This document shows, in pieces, positions 55,588 through 64,000 of a stretch of DNA of 64,000 nucleotides. The translations under genes were made by a program, and so were the position numbers. Within the stretch, counting starts at the first letter, position 1, and the number at the start of each line of letters is the position of its first letter. The DNA comes from a virus, in IMG/VR virus record IMGVR_UViG_3300025997_000005, one strand, 5' to 3'. Below the pieces are notes generated by a model. It saw only the letters and a program-made list of their open reading frames with translations. It did not search any database and had not been told where the DNA came from.

Positions 55588-56421
55588 ATGGAAAACGAAC
55601 GTAGTAATAATATTTTTTTGAGCGGTGGCAAAAATGGTTTTGAAAAAACCAAGAACGTTCTTTGGTATGGAGAATGCCTTCAGTTAATGAAACAGATACC
55701 CGACCAAAGCATAAACCTTATTTGTTGTGATTTGCCGTATGGGGTGACTAAAAACAAATGGGATTCATTAATTGATTTGGATTTACTTTGGAAGCAATAT
55801 GAACGGGTAATTATTGAAAATGGTGCAATAGTTCTTTTTGGGCAGGATAAATTTTCTGCAAGGTTGATGCTCTCAAATGAAAAGCTACACAGATATAATT
55901 TGGTATGGCAAAAAACAACACCAACTGGACACTTGAATGCTAAAAAAATGCCTTTGAGAAGCCACGAAGATATATTGGTGTTCTACAAGAAATTACCGAC
56001 CTATAACCCACAAAAAACAACAGGACACGAAAGGAAGGTAAGCACCGCAAAGCATAAGCGAAACTCGAAAAAGACAACCAACTATGGTGAACACGGACTT
56101 ACTACCTATGATAGTACTGAACGATACCCAAAAAGTGTTTTGACTTTTGCAACGGATAAACAGAAATCTGCATTACACCCAACACAAAAACCACTGGAGT
56201 TGATTAAGTATCTTGTAAGAACTTACTCAAATGAAAATGATTGGGTACTTGATAATACTTGTGGAAGTAACACTACTGGTCTTGGTTGTTTTGAATTAAA
56301 CCGAAACTATATTGGAATTGAAAATGATTTTGATATGTACGAAATTTCAAAAGAGCGGGTGGGAGAAAAAAATATTATTACGGCTTATACGCACGAACCT
56401 TCAATTAAAACGGGAACGTAG
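55588..56421 (+). CDS. DNA amino-methyltransferase (N6-A/N4-C, beta class; cassette)
   Basis: DLPY, HPTQKP, VLDNTCGSNTT, YIGIE. Confidence 0.92.
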   Translation: MENERSNNIFLSGGKNGFEKTKNVLWYGECLQLMKQIPDQSINLICCDLPYGVTKNKWDSLIDLDLLWKQYERVIIENGAIVLFGQDKFSARLMLSNEKLHRYNLVWQKTTPTGHLNAKKMPLRSHEDILVFYKKLPTYNPQKTTGHERKVSTAKHKRNSKKTTNYGEHGLTTYDSTERYPKSVLTFATDKQKSALHPTQKPLELIKYLVRTYSNENDWVLDNTCGSNTTGLGCFELNRNYIGIENDFDMYEISKERVGEKNIITAYTHEPSIKTGT

Positions 56422-56734
56422 CACTTGCAGCTAACGATAAAGCTAAACACCGTCTGAGGCGGATAAATAATGAAAACTATGATAATAGAACTAACAAAAA
56501 CAGAAACACGAGCCTTGAAATGGTTGCTTCATAAAGGCATGGAAATAACCAAGAGCGACCAAAAATACGAGGTGTTTGATGCTTTGAGCCAACGACTAGC
56601 CTCAGATGGTGATTTAGCTGATGTTGTAGGGCGAAGCGAACAGTGCGCCCATCCGAGAGATAAGCGTGAGTATATAGGCTCTAATATGCTTAGATGTAAA
56701 GTTTGCGGCAAAGAGTTCAGTTAGGGCGCATTGC

Positions 56735-56770
56735 CTACAACAACACTTATACACAATATATAAAAACGTC
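56735..56770 (-). promoter_or_regulatory. Putative attI-like site
   Basis: Last core CTACAAC is not followed by G or a hairpin; minus strand reads TGTGTATAAGTGTT-GTTGTAG; directly upstream of the integrase ATG. Confidence 0.55.
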
Positions 56771-56791
56771 AATAAAAACAACAACTTTAAA

Positions 56792-57601
56792 ATGAATTTG
56801 ACAGAATTACGTAAAAATTATGACAGGTATTTAACATTAAACTACGATGCTCAAAACACTATAGAAGCATATACAAATTGTTTTGAGAAGTTTATTTTTG
56901 AGAATAATAGGGTTTATAGAATGTCAAAAATAGATTTGGAAAATTATTTTATGGAATACACTAAACGGTACTCAAATTCTTATTATAACCAAATGTTATC
57001 CTCGGTCAACATAATATATAAATTGCTTGGACAACCTTTCAAGTTAAAAGGTATTTCATATAAAAGAGTAATCGAAAAACCTATTGACATACTATCAAAA
57101 AACGAGTTGATAGAAACGTTCAAATCAATTAAAAATCTAAAACATAAGGTTATCATATCTGTTTTATATTTAGGCGGACTTAGGGTTTCGGAATTGTTGA
57201 ATATGGAACTACGGAATATTGATTTTGAGAATAAAAGGATTTTAATCAAGTCCTCTAAAAATAATATTTCAGGGTATTTCCCAATAAATGATAAGTTTGT
57301 TAAGACACTTAGTGAATATATTGAACAATATAGCCCTTCAAAATACTTAGTTGAGGGGAGAAGTGGTGTTAAGTACTCGGCTACTTCTGTCAGGAATATA
57401 GTTAAAAACAAAATAAAGAGTGGAAAAAGATTATATCCCCACCTACTTAGGCACACCTGTTTGACCAATTTAGTTGATGAAGGACACAATACAGTGAAAG
57501 TTCAGGTTTTTGCAAGACATAAAACACCTAAATCCACACAACGATATTACCATATAAGCAACACAGCACTTCAAGGTATGACACTTTCTCTTAAACCATA
57601 A
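56792..57601 (+). CDS. Tyrosine recombinase (putative array integrase)
   Basis: GLRVSE (R), KSSK (K), HLLRH, ARH, TQRY (Y); SAM-like N-terminus with SYYNQMLSSV; no IntI-specific insertion before HxxR. Confidence 0.93.
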   Translation: MNLTELRKNYDRYLTLNYDAQNTIEAYTNCFEKFIFENNRVYRMSKIDLENYFMEYTKRYSNSYYNQMLSSVNIIYKLLGQPFKLKGISYKRVIEKPIDILSKNELIETFKSIKNLKHKVIISVLYLGGLRVSELLNMELRNIDFENKRILIKSSKNNISGYFPINDKFVKTLSEYIEQYSPSKYLVEGRSGVKYSATSVRNIVKNKIKSGKRLYPHLLRHTCLTNLVDEGHNTVKVQVFARHKTPKSTQRYYHISNTALQGMTLSLKP

Positions 57602-57746
57602 TACATATAAATTTTATGATAGTAAAATATTTAACTCAAAATTATTTATAATACGACAATATAGAAGATGTAAATAATAGTTAATATTATTGGAAATATG
57701 AAAAATATTTTGTATCTTTGTAGTATAATAATTAAAATATAAGATT

Positions 57747-58097
57747 ATGACAGCTGGTGAAAGGCAAAATTTTCAATGGAGACCGAATGATAATTCGGCC
57801 ACCACTCGTTTAAGATACGACCTTGAAGCCCAACATTGGGTAAATTCAATCGACACCGCTTTAAAAACTAAATCAACTGGAAGTACATTCCATGGTTTAG
57901 GTCTAGTTTTAGGGATTATCCTTAATATATTATCTTTACTTTTTTGGGGCATAGCTAGTATTGTTCGTTGGGATTCCAATGAAAGACGTAAATCTAAAAT
58001 GAGAAAAGAAACAAGATTCGTTCCATTAACTGATGATGAATTTGAATCTAGAATAAATAGTGGCCGAATGAAAGTAGTTGATTTATATGAAGATTAA
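57747..58097 (+). CDS. Membrane protein, hypothetical
   Basis: One hydrophobic segment; TATCTTTG promoter. Confidence 0.65.
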   Translation: MTAGERQNFQWRPNDNSATTRLRYDLEAQHWVNSIDTALKTKSTGSTFHGLGLVLGIILNILSLLFWGIASIVRWDSNERRKSKMRKETRFVPLTDDEFESRINSGRMKVVDLYED

Positions 58098-58386
58098 AGG
58101 AGTTATATTTGATGAAAATGGTGTTACCTATTCAATTGATAATCTAGAGATATTCGTAGGTGATATGAAAGATGCATTGTTAGCTAAGAGTTATGTTAGA
58201 ACAATCTTTCACCATGAATCTATTTTAAAAATAGAAGAGTTGGTGAAAGAAGGTAAGGTTGAAGCTGTTGCAACAGCCTATAACGCTGAATTAACAATGA
58301 ATGCGATTGCAGCAATGAGAGATGAAATTGTAGAACGTTTTGGTGAAGAATATCACAATTATTTAATAACTAAAATTGACTTATGA
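58087..58386 (+). CDS. Hypothetical protein
   Basis: ORF overlapping the previous stop. Confidence 0.65.
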   Translation: MKIKGVIFDENGVTYSIDNLEIFVGDMKDALLAKSYVRTIFHHESILKIEELVKEGKVEAVATAYNAELTMNAIAAMRDEIVERFGEEYHNYLITKIDL

Positions 58387-58401
58387 AAGCATACCTTTTA
58401 A

Positions 58402-58442
58402 GTGAACTACCCACCTACGCTAAAGCGATGAATGGGTTTTAC
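58402..58442 (-). mobile_element. Minimal fused IS200/IS605 ends
   Basis: GTGAACTACCCACC joined to TAAAGCGATGAATGGGTTTTAC. Confidence 0.7.
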
Positions 58443-58632
58443 CTGAGAGAGTAAAGCTCTGTGAGCCAATGATTAACCCAAATGATAGAAGAGTATTCAT
58501 ATCAGGGATTGACCCATATAAAGTGGATAACCCATTTAAAAAATTTAAAAAAAAGATAATGTTTAAAGTAGCAAGATTTTTAAATAAGAAGAGTAAACAG
58601 TAAACACCCCACGCTAAGTTGTAGGGGTACAC

Positions 58633-58706
58633 TCCCCTATAACTCAGTTGGTTAGAGTACCGTGCTTTTAACACGGGAGTCCCAAGTTCGAATCTTGGTG
58701 GGGAAA
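58633..58706 (+). tRNA. tRNA-Lys(TTT)
   Basis: CCGTG-CTTTTAA-CACGG, CCAAGTTCGAATCTTGG. Confidence 0.88.
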
Positions 58707-58854
58707 CAAAAATTAAAGTAATGGGAAAGACTTATAGAAGGTCAGTCAGGATGTCTAAGAACTTATAGATGCAAATGTTTAGCTTGCACTAATAAAAAGA
58801 GAAGGAATAAGAACACTACTAGTGTGGATGAAGCATTAGATTTAGATTACTAAG

Positions 58855-59325
58855 ATGAAAAAAATTTGGATAACAATTAAGAAGTTTTTCGGGTGGAAGC
58901 CTAAAGTAACACCAACTTTAAGAAATAATTTCTTGGAGTGGAATTTTGAGGAACAAGACCTAGCTGCTGTAATAAACAGTGTAAGAGAAGACAATATACA
59001 TAACTCCATGTTAGGTATGAAGCAAATTAAAGTTGAGGAGTTATTGTGGTGGGAAGCTAGGAGAAGATGTAATGCCCAAATAAAAAAGGGAGTTATATCC
59101 CATGATGGGGTTGGAGCCACTTTTGAGGTAATTACTGGAGGGGGCTTTAAGTACCCTGCGGAAATATTAGCTTCTGGATACACCTCAGCTGAGGCTGTAG
59201 TACAAGCTTGGTTGAATAGCCCAAGCCATAAAAAAATAATTTTGAATCCATTACACACCTATTTTGGTGTGGGTGTATTAAAGAATAATGGTAAATATTA
59301 CTATTGTGTATTATTTGCTAGATAA
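58855..59325 (+). CDS. CAP (SCP) domain protein
   Basis: IN..R, SHDG, EILA.G, VVQAWLNSPSHKKIIL, GVG. Confidence 0.9.
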   Translation: MKKIWITIKKFFGWKPKVTPTLRNNFLEWNFEEQDLAAVINSVREDNIHNSMLGMKQIKVEELLWWEARRRCNAQIKKGVISHDGVGATFEVITGGGFKYPAEILASGYTSAEAVVQAWLNSPSHKKIILNPLHTYFGVGVLKNNGKYYYCVLFAR

Positions 59326-59530
59326 AATGGGTAAGAGAGAAAAGACCATTTTGGTTATGGTTTGATGATGAAGATGGGTTTTGGGTATAGATATACATTT
59401 AGATTTAAAATTAGAAATGTAGTTTACGCAAAAAGTTAAAATTATGTTAATAACTTGCACAGTAAATAAATAAGTGCTACATTTGTACCATCAAAATGAA
59501 ACAATAAGTATTAATTAAAACGAAGAAGTT

Positions 59531-59743
59531 ATGTCAGTAAAGACAAATGGAGTTAAGCACAGTATGAGCCTTACAGTAAAAGGGCGCAGGCTACGAGCTT
59601 TAGAGAGGTTAGATGCTCAATTACAATTAGGGAAGAAACCTATTAAAAACCAAGTAGGTGACCACAATGGTATGACAGAGTTAACAGCTAGTGATATCAA
59701 GCGTATTAATAAGGAAATGGAAATACTTAAAAAAAGATGTTAA
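59531..59743 (+). CDS. Hypothetical protein
   Basis: TACATTTG promoter upstream. Confidence 0.6.
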   Translation: MSVKTNGVKHSMSLTVKGRRLRALERLDAQLQLGKKPIKNQVGDHNGMTELTASDIKRINKEMEILKKRC

Positions 59744-60006
59744 GATGAGCAAGATACTTATAATAGACAAAAAAGAAGAGGAAATTAATTATGTTGCTAT
59801 ACTTACAAAAAATAAAGTTAAGTTAAGACGTAGTAAGAGTGAGATTTGGGCTGATTCAGCCAAAGGGGAGTATATAGGAGCTCTAAAAGATACTGGAAAT
59901 GGTATTGAGATTTCTTTAGGAAGTCAAGAACTTAATCTAGATTATTCAGAATTTGTAGAGTTATATCATTTAGTAGCTTTAAAATATAAAACTGATAAAA
60001 ATTTAT

Positions 60007-60150
60007 AATCACTTTTTAAATGAAGGGTTAAAAATATCGTGAGGAACTTGCGATTACAAAGGTGGAGAGGAAATCAGACTTTGGTAACAAAGCACACTCT
60101 ATGAAACCAGAAGCCCATCCCATCAGCTATGCTGTGGGTGGGTAGTTCAC
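60007..60150 (+). mobile_element. Orphan tnpB 3' end / omegaRNA region with IS right end
   Basis: Near-identical to the reverse complement of 22835-23006 lacking the 39-bp duplication. Confidence 0.85.
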
Positions 60151-60226
60151 AACTATCTTTGTTCAGATAAAAGTAATTAATTTAGATATGAGACTACAAA
60201 TAGTTAAAACACCTGATTACAATATT

Positions 60227-60562
60227 ATGATTGAAAATAAAATTAAAGAAATTCAAGATTATTTTATAGACAAAGTTAAAAAAGGCGAGTATAAGGTTGT
60301 AAAAATAGAAACACATACGGCTACTATAATTATAGATGATAAATATGAGTTTGAGATGTGGATTTGTAATGGAAAAGAGTCATATGATTTTTATAGTGAT
60401 AATATGTTTTCATCTAAAACTTTAATTATGACAATGAAAGGTTATAAAAGTAGAGGTTGGAATCATATGAAAGTCCATTTACTAAAAATAGATAAAGAAA
60501 AAGAAAGACAGGAAAAATTAAAAGAGTTTAACCGCCTTAAAAAAGAACTGCAAATACCATGA
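60227..60562 (+). CDS. Hypothetical protein
   Basis: ATGA-coupled operon. Confidence 0.65.
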   Translation: MIENKIKEIQDYFIDKVKKGEYKVVKIETHTATIIIDDKYEFEMWICNGKESYDFYSDNMFSSKTLIMTMKGYKSRGWNHMKVHLLKIDKEKERQEKLKEFNRLKKELQIP

Positions 60563-61107
60563 ATAAAAAGTTTAAAATAATTATAGAAGATTCATACTTA
60601 AAAGCGTATGATGAAAACAATGTTTCGGTGGGATACCAACCAAAAAACAATGCACCTGAATTAGATGGATTACCATTGCTTCCAGAAATAGTTGTGGAAG
60701 ATGATGTTGAGAAGTTGGCTGAAATAAATGTTAAAAAAGTTATGGGTCATCTTTTTGATAAGAGTGATTTGAATACACTATCAAGAATAGAAATGTTTAA
60801 AAGAGGTTACAAAGTAGCAACTAAAATTTATAGTGAAGAGGATTTGAGGAAAGCATTTAACTATGGAACTAATGAAGGTTATAATTATAGAGATTTAGAA
60901 TCAATAGATGAAAAGCCTGAACAACTATCTGAAGAAGAGTGGAATAGTTTTGTTAAAAATCTCAAACAATTTAAAACACCTAAATGGTTTGCTGCTGAAA
61001 TGAAAAATGAAATAGCTTTAGATGGACATACTGTAATAGGGCAAGAATTAAAAACCACAACAATTAATGGTAAAACTTATTTAGTAGGAACTTACTTATA
61101 CGAATAA
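60559..61107 (+). CDS. Phage hypothetical protein
   Basis: APELDGLPLLP, YSEEDLRKA, LKTTTINGKTYLVG. Confidence 0.7.
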   Translation: MNKKFKIIIEDSYLKAYDENNVSVGYQPKNNAPELDGLPLLPEIVVEDDVEKLAEINVKKVMGHLFDKSDLNTLSRIEMFKRGYKVATKIYSEEDLRKAFNYGTNEGYNYRDLESIDEKPEQLSEEEWNSFVKNLKQFKTPKWFAAEMKNEIALDGHTVIGQELKTTTINGKTYLVGTYLYE

Positions 61108-61109
61108 TT

Positions 61110-61535
61110 ATGAAAAATATACATGTATTACCAACAGATAAACCAAGTAGAATTTATAATATTTTAGGAAGTAAAAAAATTGGATTTACTTCAAATGACC
61201 CATTTTATACTGAAAATTGTGGTGGTGGTACTAAAAACCAAAACATCTACATCACTTCTGATGAAGAAATTAAAGAAGGTGATTGGTATTTAGACACTTT
61301 TAATACCCAAAGAATCAAAGCTAATCAATTTTCAGACCATAAGCATTATAGAAATGCTTGCAAAAAAATTATTTTGACTACAGACCAAGACTTAATCAAT
61401 GATGGTGTACAAGAAATTAATTATGAGTTTTTAGAATGGTTTGTTAAAAATCCAAGTTGTGAAAAAGTTGAAATTAGATATAGTTATCCTACTATTGATG
61501 ATGAAGGAGATGGTTCTATTAGTGAAGGTTATTAA
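61110..61535 (+). CDS. Phage hypothetical protein (MKNIHVLPTDKPSR family)
   Basis: NIYITSDEEIKEGDW, CKKIILTTDQDLI, FLEWFVKNPSCE; coding-like sequence continues past the stop. Confidence 0.7.
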   Translation: MKNIHVLPTDKPSRIYNILGSKKIGFTSNDPFYTENCGGGTKNQNIYITSDEEIKEGDWYLDTFNTQRIKANQFSDHKHYRNACKKIILTTDQDLINDGVQEINYEFLEWFVKNPSCEKVEIRYSYPTIDDEGDGSISEGY

Positions 61536-61895
61536 TCATTCCAGAAGAAGAACCTAAACAAAGACTTGAAAAATATTCTGAAAGATTTGATAATAAAGAT
61601 AATCAAATTGTAGAGGGTATTTTTAATTCTGATACTTGGGGCAAGAGAATTGTAGAAGAACATAAACAAGAAATAACTCTTAAAGAAGAGGAATGAAAAT
61701 TGTAAAATATCTTGATAAATACAGAGGTCAAAATATATAGAACCTAATTCAAGTGGAGTATGGGATTCATTTGAAGATGCACTGGAAAATGCTTTACAAA
61801 TTCAATTATCTTATGATTTACCCAATGATACTAAAGTAATTAAACATTGGGGAAATTATGTGAGTTTTGCTTTAAAAATATTAAATTAATTAAAA

Positions 61896-62765
61896 ATGAA
61901 AACATATAAATTAAAAAAATGGTATCCTAGTTTACCAAAAGATTGGGAAGTTGGGATGGAAGTTAGTCGTTGGGGTAGAGCAGTAAATAATATATTTAGC
62001 CCACGTAGTAGTAAATATAAAAATTATTATGTTTCATTTGATGAAATTAATAATTTTGAATTTTGGGAAGAAGTGATTGAATATCCTATTGGAACTAATA
62101 TGGGAGTTGTAATAGAGGAGATAGTTGAAAAAGATTATGAGATATTATCTTTTGTAAGAAATGAAAGCAGTCTAATTTATAAAGGAACTATTTTTATGAA
62201 AGATGAAAATAATAAATATAATTCTTCTTATAAATATTCTGGACTTACTTTAGAGCATTGTTTAAAGGGTGGATTTGATATTCATTCAATCAAAAGGTTA
62301 AGTGATGGGGAAGTGTTTACTGTTGGTGATAAAATAATAGGAACTTATTCTACAAAAGAACGAACTCATGGATATGTAACTATACAAAAAATTTATTTGA
62401 AAAATGGTATATTACATATAAGTATAGATGCTGGTTTTATTGATAGTTCTTTGTGTAATGGTTTTGAAAAAATAAATCATTTTAAACAACCATTATTCAC
62501 AACAGAAGATGGGGTTGATATTTTTGAAGGAGATAAAGTACATACTGTAACTCCTAATTTTAATCTAGGTTTATCAGGAGAATTAAAATACAAATCAGTA
62601 ATGAAATGCTTTTCAACAAAAGAAAAAGCTGAAGAATATGTCTTAATGAATAAACCTTCTTTAACTTATATAGAAGTAATGAAATTATGGAATAGTCAAT
62701 GTAGTAATTGGAGAGACAGTTTTAAATCAGAGTTAACTAAATTAGTAAAATCAAAATTATTATAA
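61896..62765 (+). CDS. Phage hypothetical protein
   Basis: IHSIKRLSDGEVFTVGD, PLFTTEDGVDIFEGD, FSTKEKAEEY. Confidence 0.75.
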   Translation: MKTYKLKKWYPSLPKDWEVGMEVSRWGRAVNNIFSPRSSKYKNYYVSFDEINNFEFWEEVIEYPIGTNMGVVIEEIVEKDYEILSFVRNESSLIYKGTIFMKDENNKYNSSYKYSGLTLEHCLKGGFDIHSIKRLSDGEVFTVGDKIIGTYSTKERTHGYVTIQKIYLKNGILHISIDAGFIDSSLCNGFEKINHFKQPLFTTEDGVDIFEGDKVHTVTPNFNLGLSGELKYKSVMKCFSTKEKAEEYVLMNKPSLTYIEVMKLWNSQCSNWRDSFKSELTKLVKSKLL

Positions 62766-63275
62766 AAAGGCTAAACATTGAAAAAAACAATTTTGTGAAT
62801 TAACAAAAAAAGGATTACTTGGTATCAAGGTAAATGTGAATAATAGTAACATTATACAGGTATTGATATTTCATAATAGATAACAACTGAAAACGAAACA
62901 GAAGTTAATTCACATAAAGATACTAATCCTGAATTGACAGGATATTAATAAGAGACGTTAAACGCCTTGATGTAATGGAGTAATCCTAGTATCTTTTCAA
63001 TGTTTAATAACTCGGAAAATATAAATAAGAATATGTTTTGGTAAAAACTAAGTGTTAATAAATTCTAATGAAACTAGAAAACTCAGATAAACTAAGCTTA
63101 ATTATAATAGCAATAGCTATATTGATATGCCTAACTATATACTATAAATAATAAACACTATAACAACCTAAAAAGAAAATTTTTTAAAGATTTCCCATAT
63201 AAAGATATATATACACATACACATTTGTGTACCTGTAAATTTACTACCCACCCATATAACACATTTGTATATATA

Positions 63276-63359
63276 TACAGACACTTTTGTGTATCTGGAA
63301 ATATTTCCCTATATGGAGCCCGTACGGACCAACCTACAGACACTTTTGTGTATCTGGAA
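63276..63359. repeat. 25-bp direct repeat TACAGACACTTTTGTGTATCTGGAA (2 copies)
   Basis: Copies at 63276-63300 and 63335-63359 in a non-coding region. Confidence 0.85.
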
Positions 63360-64000
63360 CCCACCCGCAGAGATAATCGCTCTAGAGAGCTGAAACATAA
63401 CTTAAAAAGGGTGTATAATACCACCGATAGGGATTTCTAACAACACGTTGCGTCTAAATCGACATTATAACCTTTTCCCACTTTTTACCACAAAAAACCA
63501 CTTTGAGTCCTCTACACGTTTTCGGGATATAGTCGAATGTTAAAAAGGGACCGACCTCTCCCTAAAATTTCAGAGAAAAACCAGCGATTTTTAAAGAGCC
63601 ACGCCCCGAAGGCACCGCTCTGAAACGGCTGTTAATTTATTTAATTTAAAAGCGTGGACAGTTAGGCCCAGAGATATTTACATATGGGATATAAGCGGGT
63701 ATAAGAAATCGCTATGGTATCGGCATCAGAAAAAACTTACACAAACTCCGTAAAGTTTGGGCAGTTTTCATCTAAGCCGTCATGTAAGCGATTTCTTACA
63801 AGCGGAGTATAGGTGTAACACGTTAGCCCGAAAGCCAAATGGTTTTCGGGAATAAAGGTGTGTTCGGGTATATTGCTATAACCGATTGGAAGTACAAAGA
63901 TACGAAATATATCTCGAATAAAAAAGAAAAAAAATTAGGATATTAAAAAAGAATTTCGTATCTTTACGGGGCCATAGGTGGTCATCGTATTGGGGCAATT

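Larger units (their letters stand above)
25548..56741 (-). mobile_element. Integron-like cassette array (~62 attC-like sites; attC top strand is the minus strand)
   Basis: Recurrent + strand YAAC-G...imperfect hairpin...TGTTR spacers, e.g. 31015-31101, 34608-34722, 43854-43942, 53525-53613; most gene bodies are bounded by a 9-20 bp inverted repeat (GTTAGCACCAGTAC/GTATTGGTGCTAAC). Confidence 0.9.

Noticed and set aside
25548-56741. CRISPR array
   Set aside because: Spacers are variable hairpins separated by genes, not identical repeats with fixed-length spacers; no cas genes
27475-56741. Spacers as ordinary intrinsic terminators
   Set aside because: No U tract after the stems, fixed AAC/GTT cores, and many ORFs read through them
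25548-57601. Shufflon/invertase locus or diversity-generating retroelement
   Set aside because: All credible ORFs and sites share one orientation, so no inversions; no reverse transcriptase or adenine-specific TR/VR pair
2096-63440. Most minus-strand and short overlapping ORFs in the ORF track (e.g. 3366-3656, 5070-5396, 8201-8557, 27578-27874, 56983-57489)
   Set aside because: Shadows of tRNAs, IS ends or well-supported + strand genes

Overview
AT-rich, almost entirely + strand segment, most likely from a large (jumbo-type) phage of a Bacteroidota/Flavobacteriia host. This is inferred from TAnnTTTG promoters, two RpoD-type sigma factors, a tRNA cluster, a dNMP kinase, homing endonucleases and dense small ORFs; no structural genes lie in the window. 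1-25.5 kb holds RNA genes (a ~830-nt GOLLD-like structured RNA, about 10 tRNAs or tRNA-like genes, RNase P RNA), a counter-defence/ADP-ribose/RNA-repair gene set (NADAR, macrodomain, Tpt1, Acb1-like 2H phosphoesterase, Prs, GGQ mini-protein, HAD), an IS200/IS605 element and its non-autonomous derivatives. The main discovery is at 25.55-57.6 kb: a ~31-kb integron-like array of about 62 attC-like hairpins (hand count), an attI-like site and a divergent tyrosine recombinase that lacks the IntI-specific insertion. Its ORFs are antisense to the attC polarity. Genes sit in cassette bodies, inside attC loops or across both. There are 29-bp empty cassettes and near-identical cassette shells with different payloads. 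Several cassettes carry a putative late promoter plus a capsid-targeting-like leader fused to ART-like or kinase-like effectors. One C5 methyltransferase stays in frame across a nested, out-of-frame GIY-YIG endonuclease gene. All calls are from reading the sequence by eye; no database searches were run.
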